Source: Hyaloraphidium curvatum SAG 235-1
Lineage: Eukaryota > Fungi > Monoblepharomycota
NCBI GenBank assembly: GCA_025558095.1
Contig: JAIVFI010000009.1
Location: forward strand, 124,001-188,000
Direction: 5' to 3'
Length of the DNA stretch: 64,000 nucleotides
A model generated the notes under the pieces. The model searched no databases. It worked only from the letters and a program-made list of their open reading frames with translations, and was not told where the DNA came from. Within the stretch, counting starts at the first letter, position 1; each line of letters starts with the position of its first letter. Below are positions 11,335 to 21,534 of the stretch, in pieces. Made by a program: the position numbers and the translations under genes.

Positions 11335-11535
11335 CGCTGCCTTGCGGTCGGGAACGAACGGGCCGTTGCCGGGAGTTCCGCTTACACGCGTGGCGAGGTT
11401 CCCGCCGGGTGTATCGCGTTCAAGCGGTGATGGGATGGGGTGCACAGCCGCCCACCTCGGCGCCGACGCGTAGCCGGCCACCAGCTCCCCGGCACTCTGC
11501 GGGGCCAATCGACGATTCGGACGCGGAAACACGCG

Positions 11536-13569
11536 ATGGACGGCCGGCAGAGCGAGTTGGCGGGCTCCGCCCCGCCCCCCGACGACGCCGCCTCGGACTA
11601 CGCGGACGAGGTCTCGCTGGAACCGCTCACGGACCCCGCCCCGCCTGCCGGCGCCCTGCGCCGCCGCAGCGTCGCCAACCCGCCTCCCCCGCTCTCAAAA
11701 CCCCTGATCAGCCAGTCCAAATCGACCGGCGACCTCCGCGGCCCCCCCTCCTTCGCCGAGGAACCCCCGCTCTCCCCCGCGCCCTCGGTGCCCATGGCCG
11801 AGGCATTCCGGTTCGCGCGGCGGAGGTCGACCTTTGCCAGCTACGACTACACCCCGGAGCTGAGGAGGAAGATCGAGGACCCGGGGTACCTGCCGCCGGA
11901 GAAGGAGCTGGCGGCGGTGCCGCTGACCATCGAAGGGGCCGTGGGGGACGTGGAGGTGCCGGTGAAGGAGCCGTCGATACACATGCCCCAGGCGGACGAC
12001 GCGCCGCCGGACGGGGGGTACGGATGGGTGATCGTTGCGATCGTGTTTCTGGTCCATTTCCTGCCGCTGGGCGGGATCCTCTACACCTTCGGCGTGTTCC
12101 AGAGGTGCAGCCAGCTCCGCCACGTTCCCTGGGGTCACTAAATCGACATCTTGTCCAGGTACTATGTCAGCACGAACACCTTCCCCGGCGCCACCAACCT
12201 CCAGATCTCGTTCATCGGCTCCATCGGCTCGGCCGCCATGCCCGGGCTCGGCCCGCTCACGGGGCGGTTCGCGGACAAGTACGGCTACAGGCTGGCGACC
12301 CTCATCGGCAGCATCGTGCTGCTGCTGGCCATGGTGCTCGCCAGCTTCGCCACGCAGCTGTGGCAGGCCTATTTGACGCAGGGGCTGCTCTTTGGCGTCA
12401 GCATGTCCCTCGCCTAGTGAGTTTCCCATTGGGCACGCCATGCACACTGGCCCTGAACCCCTTGGCCAGCTTCCCAAACATCTCCTGCGTCCCGCAGTGG
12501 TTCTCCCGCCGCCGCGGCCTCGCCGTCGGCCTCGCGGTGAGCGGCGCGGGCCTGGGCGGGCTGGCCATGTCGCCCGCTGTGCAGGCGATGCTGGCCTCGC
12601 TGGGCCACGCGTGGACGCTGCGGATCCTTGGGATCCTGGGGTCGTCGGCGACGTTCCTGTCGGCGGTGTTTCTCAGGACGAGGGTGCCGCCCAAGCCGAG
12701 GGGGCCGGTCGTGGCGTGGCAGTACTTCAAGATCCCGAGCTTCTCCGTGCTCTTCGGGGCTTCCTTCCTCGGCGCTTTCGGGTACTTTACAGGTTGGCAC
12801 ACCGCCCCCGCAGGCCGCCCCCGCCGCCGCGCTGACGGACGACGCCAGGCTTCTACTTCGTCTCCCCGTTCGCCACCTCGAACGGCATGACGGCGTCGCA
12901 GGGCGCCCTCGCCGTCGCCTTGATGAACGGCGCCTCGGCCGTCGGCCGCGTGTTCCAGGGCCTCGTGGCAGACGCCTACCTGGGCCCGTTCAACTCGTTC
13001 GTCGCCTGCCAGGTGCTCGCGCCGCTGTCGACGCTGGTGATCTGGCCGTTTGCGACGAGCTTCGGGGTGCTCATCCTGTACTCGGTCGTCTACGGCTTCT
13101 TTGCTGGAGGTCGGGGGCCGTCGTTCGCCGGATCTGCAACCGTTTCTCACGCTTCCTGCGTCCGCAGGCTTTGTGTCGCTGTTCCCTGTCGTCCTTACCA
13201 TCATTTTCGGGACGGAGGAGGTGGCGACAGTGTTGGGCACGCAGGCACTTTCCGGGGTAGGAGCCGGAGCTCGATCGTATTTCTTGTGCCTAATCCGCTT
13301 CGCATAAGGTTGTTGGCAATCTTGCAGGACCGCCGCTGGCGGGGCTGATCCTGGACTCGACGGGGAGGTGGGCATGACCGGCCTGTCGCTGACCGTTGCC
13401 CTCTGATCGCCCTTTCTCGCATTCCCATTCTTGTTCTTGCTTCCCGTCACGCAACATTAGCTACGTCCCGTTGCAGATGTTTGCGGGCTTCGTCATGCTA
13501 TCCTCGGCCCTGCTGATCGGTTGGGTGCGGCACCAGCGGGCCGGCGGAAAGATCTTTGTCAAGCTCTGA
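11536..13569 (+). CDS. MFS transporter, monocarboxylate porter (Mch-like) family, multi-exon
   Basis: PPDGGYGWVIV, GRFADKYGYR, QWFSRRRGLAVGLAVSGAGLGG, NGASAVGRVFQGLVAD; about 6 short introns. Confidence 0.92.
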
Positions 13570-13699
13570 GGCGTGGCCAGAAGAGGAGACGAATGAGAAT
13601 CTTTGTCATACCCTAGATACCACGATAGAACAGATCGGTCAATCTCCTTCCGCGAATTGATGCGATTAGGGCGTAAAATCTTTGCCAACTTATTTTAGA

Positions 13700-14118
13700 C
13701 GTACGGGCAGAAGCTCTCCGGGACGCCGGGACTTCTTCCTCTACCTTCGCCTATTGCTCACTCGGCTGTCCGACGCTTTCATCGGCACCAGCTGGGCAAG
13801 CGGAGGTGCCAACGATCAGCTGCCGTTCGTTGTTTACGCCGTGCACCATCCCGATAGCCCCTCCCCATCTCCTACTCTCGGCGCATTTTTCTCCTGATGT
13901 TTCTCTTTTTCGGCGCCCGCGTGCACCCTCCGCGCGGCTGAAAAGACTCCGCAAGGAAGCTGGGGACTCACCCGTACCGGGATGGATGGCGTGCTCGAGG
14001 TAGCCCTGTTGTACACCTGTGGAAGCGGTGGATCGATAATCGGTCGATCGGAGGGCTGCCCCCGAAGATCATTGCGCAGGAGATCATGTTTGAAACGTGG
14101 ATCGAAATGCTGCGGTAG
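13700..14118 (+). pseudogene. Frameshifted 3' fragment paralogous to the gene at 45739..47106
   Basis: PGRRDFFLYLRLLLTRLS versus PGRRDLFLYLRMVLTRLS; near-identical ending WKRWIDNRSIGGLPPKIIAQEIMFETWIEMLR-stop; internal frameshifts and no 5' part. Confidence 0.85.
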
Positions 14119-14334
14119 CAGGTCTGTCTGCTGGTAGTTAAAGAACGGTTTCCGACAGTTGCTTGATGAACATCCGATAGTGCTACTTCGTACGTCTTGC
14201 CGTTTGGCGACTGTTTATTGGGAACGGAAGACGTCGACAACAAAGGCCCCGTACGTAACCGAAAGCTAAAGATACACGACGAAGCTAAAGACACATGACG
14301 TTCCAAGACGAAGAAGGCGATAAAGTCCGATGGA

Positions 14335-15192
14335 TCACTTGCATTTGGACCTGGAGCATGAAAGGCCAAAGTTGCACTGCTTGCTTGAGCTGCACCTCCC
14401 TCCCCTCCCCACGAGCTGCCAAGCGGCCCATCTTGAACTGCAGACGCCATAATTCGAGTTGGCAAAGACGCAGTGGTCCCTGCTCGTTCTCTTGTTGCCG
14501 CACTTTCCCTGGTTGCCGGAGGTCCCGATGCACATCCCACTGCGGCATTCTTTGCTGTTCCAGCAGGATGCTCCGTTGGCCTTGGGCCAGCAAAACCATC
14601 CCCAGCACCCGTACGTGTGCCAGCAATAGTCGTAGCTCTCGTTGTCGCAGAATCCGCCGCATTTCTCGCAGTTGTCGCCGCAGGGCCAGTAGATGCCGAG
14701 AGGGCCACAACCCCACTCCCAACACGAGTTCTGGATAAGGTAAAAGACGAGGCGTTACACGTACTATCCGGATGATATCAGTAGAGCTGTGCGATGATCA
14801 CATACGCAGTTGGCGCAGCGGCGGCTATCGCAGTCTCCGTGGTTCATGCAGTTGGTCCCGCCGTCCCTGCATGTCGTACTGATGCAGCCGTCTTCCTTCC
14901 AGCAATAAACACTTCCCCGGGGAGTTGGAGCATTTGCGGTAAGGTTGGCCGGGGACGTGTTGTTGACGCGGCCGGCGGGCCGCGCGGGCTTAGGCGTCGG
15001 GGCCGCCGAGAGGGCAAGGTGAGCTCCGGTACCGTTGCTGACGAGCTGTGAGTCGGCGACGGAGAGCAGGAGGGCGATGACCAGAAGGAGGAGGGCGACG
15101 ATGTGCGCCACTCTGACAGGAGGCCGCGGCGCCCGCGTCAGCGCCTCGCCCCCGAGCGGATCTTGACGAGCGCCAGCATCTCACCTCTCCAT
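14335..15192 (-). CDS. Small secreted Cys/Trp-rich protein (introns ~15113-15184 and ~14731-14805)
   Basis: Spliced model MERVAHIVALLLLVIALLLSVADS (signal peptide), then CMNHGDCDSRRCANC|NSCWEWGC...CWNSKECRSGMC...CSSSKQCNFGLSCSRSKCK. Confidence 0.75.
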
Positions 15193-15382
15193 GACGAGAT
15201 CCAGCGAGTGCTAATGCTTGCGAAAGTGCTGTTGCGTTTGTCCTGTCACAGGGTCCGCCACAGGATTTGGCTCCGTGCGGCCCTAGTTTGGGCTGAGCGA
15301 CAGGGACACAAAGTTCGATGACGTAGTGAAAGCCTCTCCATCCAAGTGGCCGTTTTCGTATCAGATGCCAAAACAGAATAAT

Positions 15383-18300
15383 CTACTGCTTCATCACCTC
15401 CATGGGGATCGACTCCGCCGCTCCGTTGCCGACCGTCGACCCGTTGCCGACCGTGGCCCCGTTCCCCGCCCCGTTCCCCGTCGCCGCCGCGGAGCCGTTG
15501 GTCGGCGCGCCATCCTTGTTGTAAACCAGCGCCGCCGCCGAGCTCGCCCGCCGCTTGACCCGCTGCATCTCCTCCTCGAGCGCCGGATCCAGTCGGCCCT
15601 CGACCTCGCGGATGAGCGACAAGAAGACCTGCAGCACGGGTCAGTCCGGTCTACCGCGCTCCCGTCCGCCAGCGACCCACCTCCTCGAGCGTCGTCTGCG
15701 ACAACCCCCACGCCTTGATCACCCCGTCCGGATCCGAGTCCAGGTAGTTCACCAGCCCAGGGATCTGGTCCATGTCCTCCGTGGCCAGGTTGAAGATGAG
15801 CGCGCCCGCCGAGTCGTCCTCGAGCTTCAGGCCGGGGGCCTCGGCCAGCATGAGCGCCTGCACGCGCTTCAGGTTGGCCTCGTCGGCGTCCGTGACCACC
15901 GAGACGCGGTAGCCGGTGCCGAACTTGGACTTGAGGCGGATGGAAGAGCCGATGGCGCGCAGACGGCCGTGGGCTGTCGCAGGAGGTCAGCAGCGATCCT
16001 CAAGCGGTGAGAAGGCAATCGTACCCATGATGGCGATCTTATCGCCGAGCACGTCCGCCTCCTCCATGGAGTGTGTCGTGAGCACGATGACACGGCCCTT
16101 CTTGAAGGCCTCGACGAAACTCCACACGTGCCGCCGGTTGACGGGGTCCATGCCGGTTGTAGGCTGTGGGCGAAGGTCAAGGCAAAGAGTGTTAGCGTTC
16201 GAAACGCAACGCAACCCCACGTCGCCCACCTCGTCCATGAAGATGATCCTCGGGTCCCCGATCGTCGAAATCATCATCGACAACCGCCGCTTCATCCCCC
16301 CCGAATAGGTCCCCGCGCGCTGCGCCTTGACGTTCCACAGCCTGACCGCCTCCAGCCTCTCCTCCGCCAGCTTCTTCATCTCCTCCTTCGGCACCCCCTT
16401 CAGGCCGGCGTAGAGCGCAATGTGCTCCTCGGCGGTGAGGTCGTTGAAGAGGATGTCGTGCTGCGGGCAGATGCCCATGTTGGCGCGGATGGCGTCCATC
16501 TCCTTGGTTACGGAGCGCCCGTAGATGAGGGCGTCGCCGGCGGTGGGGGGCGTGAGGCCGGAAAGGATGTTCATGGTGGTCGTCTTGCCGGCACCGTTCT
16601 GGCCGAGCAGGGCGAGGCTGGCGTTCGGGAGCATTAGCGAAAGCGAATGGAGCAGCAAGTTGCGGCGCAACGTACAGGCTCCCCTCCTGGAGGTTCAGGT
16701 ACAGCCCGTCCAGCGCCACCTTGTCCTTATCGCTCTCCCAGAACGGGTTGTTCCTGTACACCTTCCGCAGCCCCAGGATCCTCATCTCGGCCTCGGACTC
16801 GGGGTCCAGCGCCCGGCGCTTCTCGGCCTCGACGTCGTCGTCCTCCTCCAGCCCGTCGGGGTGGCGCACGGTCTTCTTGCCCGAGGAGCGGGTGAGGGTC
16901 TCGGACATCCACGCCTTGTGGCCGTCGCCGTCGGCGCCGACGGCCGAAGGGCGCTTCTTGAAGCCCCAGTAGGAGGGGAGGAGGAAGAAGTAGAAGGGTC
17001 TGGAGCGGCCGAACTCGTCGGGAATGACTGCGAGTAGGCACGTGTTCAGCCGCACGTCCGGCAGCGAGCCCGCAGTGCTCACCGTTGTCAAAGTACCACA
17101 TCAGCAGCATGTAGAACGCGATGTTCATGATGAGCCAGTACCAGCTCTGCACCGGCGGCGGGACCACCGGCTGCGCGCCGTTGCCGTAGTAGGGCAGGTA
17201 CAGGCTCGGGATGGGCTGGTACAGTGCCGACCAGGGGAAGCCGGGGCCGGGGATATACGAGTCCGTAAGGAGGTCCTGCCGGCCGGTCGTGAGAATGGTG
17301 ATATCGAGGAAGATCTTGCCAAAGTTGAAGAACTGCGGCAGGTGGTCAGGGGGACGCCGGAAAGGCTCGCAGGAAGAAGCCCACCGGAATGAAGATGAGG
17401 ACGATCCAGCCCGCCGGGTCGACCGTCCCGGGCTCCCACCACACGTAGCCCACGAACGCGTTGGAAAAGATGAAGCTCATGAAGAGTAGCCCGAGGATGA
17501 ACATGAAGATGCCGAGCAGCACGGCGACCCTGCTCTTGCGGACCATGGTGGTGATCCAGAACGCGAACGCGTTCATGGCCACGCCAAAGAGGAAGAAGGT
17601 GATGTAGAGCACGCCAAAGTTGCAGTTCCGGAAGGCCTGGAACCCGAAGGCGAGCCCGAACACACACGTGACGAGGGCCGCAACGGCGATGGCGATCATG
17701 TAGGTGATGAAGTACGAGAGCCAGTAGATGTGCGGGCTGAGGCCCATGACCTCCATCGCGTGCCGCAGGCGCTGCTCCTTCTCCGCAACGATGGTGTTGA
17801 GGATGTTGATGAAGACGACCATGGCGGCGCAGAAGAAGAAGGTCGTGCCGAGCTGCTGCACGATCGAGTCGTTGGTGCTGTTGGGCGGGATGCGGGGCCA
17901 GTCCTTGAGCGTGACGTCGAAGCGCGGCGTGGGGATGCCGGCGGCGATCGAGACTGTGCGTGCGGCCGGTCAGCTGGACCGCCCCGAGCCCGCCAAGGAC
18001 GCCTCTTACTGATGCTCTGGTCCATCATCTTGGCAAAGGCGAACGCGCCGGGTCCGTAAAGGTCGGATCCGTTGCCGGTTTGCGAAGTATTGAACCAGAC
18101 CTGATACCGGTAGTCGGGCGCGCCGAGCGGCGTGGTCGTGATCTCAAAGACGACACCTGGGGGAGCAAGAAGGCGTCAGATGATACTTCAGACGGCGATA
18201 AAGAAGAGATAGCCACCCCAGGATGTGTAGTTGGGGTGCATGACGGTGTAGTTGTATATGGCCTCAGCGTTGGCCGCTGGCACCATGCCGAGCACGCTGG

Positions 18301-18835
18301 TCGGCAGATCGGCCGGCGGCACGGGGGCATCGAACTGCCACGCCGGCTGCTTCGTCTTGCGGGCGTTCTCGTCCGCGAAGCCCCGCAGAATGGCGCGCAC
18401 GTCGGGCGTGTCCGGCGTGAAGAGCAGGTTGATGCACGGGTCGTTTGCCTCGGGCCCCTGGCACGTCAGCAGGCCGGGCAGGTCGTAGGCGGCGGGGTGG
18501 CGGTTGGAGCGCAGCTGCTGGCGGTAATCCGCCTGCTGCAGGCCCCACAGCAGCAGCAGGAAGAAGAGCGGCGCGAGCAGCACCTGCGCGAGCGTCGACT
18601 TCCAGTAGCGCTTGATGTACAGCGTGTAGTTGCGCTGCAGCATCACCGCCAGCTGCCGCAGCGGCGACGTGCCGGTGCGCGTCGTCGCGGGCGGCGCGCC
18701 CAGCGGGTGGGCCGGGGGCGCCGCGGCCGCCGCCACGTAGTCCGCGGGAGGGAGCGGCGCCCCGCCGGCAGCCGCGCCCGGCGCCGCCTTGTCGGCCGGC
18801 CACACCACGCCCTCGTCTGGCGCCGCGCTGGCCAT
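15383..18835 (-). CDS. Half-size ABC transporter, subfamily A (one TMD plus one NBD), multi-exon
   Basis: QLAVMLQRNYTL N-terminus; IVAEKEQRLRHAMEVMGL; Walker A GQNGAGKTT; signature YSGGMKRRL; DE|PTTGMDP; LTTHSMEEADVLGD; QTTLEE|VFL. Confidence 0.93.
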
Positions 18836-19074
18836 TGCGGGGGTCCGGGGAGTTTAGGCGGATTCTTCGCCTGACGTGACGCTGTCCACGAGGCGGCGTT
18901 TCTCCAACCTCCGAAGGTGCGCTAACTCGGGGTTGCACCTGGGTCGCCCCGGCAAACTCAGTAAGCTTACTCTTGAGACTGGATTAGGCGGTTTCCGGGG
19001 ATCGGCTCCCGCGATTCCTTGCTACAGCGGGTATCTCATTGGTGCAGACTGCTCCAGACCTCCCCAGCTACGGA

Positions 19075-20211
19075 TCAAGGCTTTCCAAGCACCCGCTCCC
19101 ACTCCAGCATCCCACCGGCCAGGTTGTACACGTCCCCGAACCCCATGGCGTTCAACAGCGCCGCCGCCGTCGCGCTCCTCACCCCCGCCCGGCACACCAG
19201 CACGACCCTCTTGCCCCTGTGCGGCTCCAGCTCGGCGATACGCGACGGCAGAAGGTGCAGCGGGATCTCGATCGCGCTGGGGAGTTTAGGTAGCTCCGCG
19301 AACTCCTCGGGGAGCCGCACGTCGACGGCCACGGCGGCGTCGGGGCCCGATGCGAGCAGCGCGGCGAGCTCGTGTGGGCGGATCTGGCGGATCGCGTTGA
19401 GCTGCGGGTAGGTGGGCAGCTCCTTCAGCTGGTGCTTGTCGTCCAGCGCCGTGGCGTTCATCTGCAACGACTCCATGATCTTGTCCGGGAGCGGCAGCCC
19501 GAGGTTCTCCATGATGTGCCTGTACTCCTCCAGCGTCTTGCCGGCCAGCCGCGGGTTCGTCGCCCTCTCCCTCCCGATCGTGCTCGACGTGTTGAACCTG
19601 TAATCGTGCGCCGGGAACACCAGCGTCTCGTCCGGCAGCGAGAAAAGTCTCTGGGCGCTCGCGTAGGACTGGCCCGCGTCGCCGCCTGCAAAGTCCGTCC
19701 GCCCCGTGCCCCCGATCAGCAGCACGTCCCCCGTGTATGCCGCGCGCCCGGCCAGGACGGTCAGCGAGTCGGGAGTGTGCCCCGGGGTCGCCCACACCAG
19801 CAGCTCCTGCGTGCCGAGAGGGAGGGAATCCCCGTCGCGGAGGTGCACGTCCACCCTCGGCGCGGGCGACTCCCGGGAAGCGGCGTACCGCGCTCCCGTC
19901 AACCGGCGCAGCTCAAACGCCCCCGACACGTGGTCCGCGTGGGTGTGGGTGTCCAGCACCGTCTCGAGCTTCAAGCCATGGTAGGCCATGTAGGCGAGGT
20001 AGAGCGGCACGTTGTCGCGGAGGGGATCAACCAGCGCGCACGCGCGGGAGGATGGGTCGGCGAGGATGTACGTCTTGCACGAACGGTTGTTGAGCTCGAT
20101 CGAGGTGAGCGCGCCGAGGGAAACGGCGGGCTGCGCGGAGGTCGCGTCCGGAACGGAGGCGGAGGAGGTCGCGTGGCCCCGGAAAAGGGGGCGGCGGAAG
20201 GAACGGAGCAT
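19075..20211 (-). CDS. Persulfide dioxygenase (ETHE1-like MBL fold)-rhodanese fusion with a putative mitochondrial presequence; intronless
   Basis: THTHADH, TPGHT, YTGDVLLIGGTGRTDF, VFPAHDY, STIGRERATNPRL; C-terminal rhodanese DVRLPEEF...VCRAGVRS...NLAGGMLEW; N-terminus MLRSFRRPLFRGHATSS. Confidence 0.92.
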   Translation of the reverse strand: MLRSFRRPLFRGHATSSASVPDATSAQPAVSLGALTSIELNNRSCKTYILADPSSRACALVDPLRDNVPLYLAYMAYHGLKLETVLDTHTHADHVSGAFELRRLTGARYAASRESPAPRVDVHLRDGDSLPLGTQELLVWATPGHTPDSLTVLAGRAAYTGDVLLIGGTGRTDFAGGDAGQSYASAQRLFSLPDETLVFPAHDYRFNTSSTIGRERATNPRLAGKTLEEYRHIMENLGLPLPDKIMESLQMNATALDDKHQLKELPTYPQLNAIRQIRPHELAALLASGPDAAVAVDVRLPEEFAELPKLPSAIEIPLHLLPSRIAELEPHRGKRVVLVCRAGVRSATAAALLNAMGFGDVYNLAGGMLEWERVLGKP

Positions 20212-20438
20212 TGAGAATGAAAGAGCTACGCGAGGAGACGCGCAAAGCGGCATTCTGACTGCCGAGATTCGAGACAGGTGCTCAAGAACTTCGTGGTCGA
20301 CTCTGTTTTTGAGACGAAACCAATCGCGCGCGCGGGTGCGCGATCGTAAACGCCCTCCTTCGCTTCTGGGGACCTTGATATGGCGTCGAATCCTTTTTAT
20401 CTTTGATCCCCGTCGTTTGACGAGTGACGCCACCGGCG

Positions 20439-21410
20439 ATGGCGGCACAGCGACCCCAACTCGCGTTCCAGCATGCCCTCCGATTCGGCATCGTCTGTCT
20501 CCCCCTGTGCTCAGCGCCTAGACAACGCTAAACCTGTCGTTTGATTGTAGATCCGGGCCAGGCCGAATCGGTTCAAGATGGTCGTCGACGTGGACGGAGA
20601 ACAAATTGAGGCCCACTGCCCTGCGACCGGCCGCATTGGCAACTTGACCTTTACCGACATCGTGGGCTCAAGGCCTTTATGTGCATCCTGTTCTCGTCTG
20701 ACGCTCCTTTCGTGCAGCCCTGCCTCGTCTCCGACTCCCATTCTCCCCCGCTTCCCGCCCTCGGCAAGCCCAACGCATCCCGAAAGACCCGCTTCACCGT
20801 CGAAGCCATCTCCCTCTCCCCCCTCGAATCCTTCGGCACCGGCGCCCCCTCCCCCGACGAATCGTGGATCGGGATCAACCAGGGCCGCACCAACCGCTTC
20901 GTGGAGCACTTCCTCCGCGCCGGCAACCTGCCCGACCTCATCCCTTCTTCGACCCCGGGCGCGGAAACAACGATCAAGAGGGAGCAGACCGTCGGCGGCT
21001 CCAAGATCGACCTCGTCGCGCAGAGCTCCACGGGCACCGCCTACATCGAGGTCAAGACGCCGCTCATCCACCTTCCCACCGCCGGCCACCCGCGCGCCTC
21101 GCCAGACACGAAGAAGCTCGATTCGTACCACCGCCTCGTGAAGCACTTTGGGGACCTGGGCAACGCGCTGCCGGCGCCGGGGCGGGGTGGCCGGAAAAAG
21201 CGCACGGCGGACCGGTCGGTGCTCCTACTGACGTTCCAGTACGACGCGCCGCAGTTCAGGCGGCCCCCGGCGACGGCGGTGATCAAGGCCATCAGCGACG
21301 CGGCGGATGCGGCGGTCAAGAGAGGGGTGGAGTTCTACCAGCTCAACCTGAAGCTGAGGAGGGACGGGGTGGAGCTGATCAGATGCTGGAAGCTGCCCGA
21401 TGACTACTAG
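20439..21410 (+). CDS. sfsA: SfsA (sugar fermentation stimulation protein A) family DNA-binding / PD-(D/E)xK nuclease-fold protein (introns 20493-20550, 20662-20717)
   Basis: Spliced product MAAQRPQLAFQHALRFGI|IRARPNRF..AHCPATGRIG..|PCLVS..RKTRFTVEAI..WIGIN..IKREQTVGGSKIDL..YIEVK..RLVKHFGDL..AVKRGVEF reproduces the SfsA motif order. Confidence 0.88.
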
Positions 21411-21534
21411 TGCGAGGGGCAATGAAGTGGTCGGATTTCTCTCGACAAGGGGAACTGCTGACATGGTAGTGGTGTACTAAGTCGCTCGGCGGTCGGAAGG
21501 AAAAGCAGTCTCATTGCAACATCTCCGCTTTACT

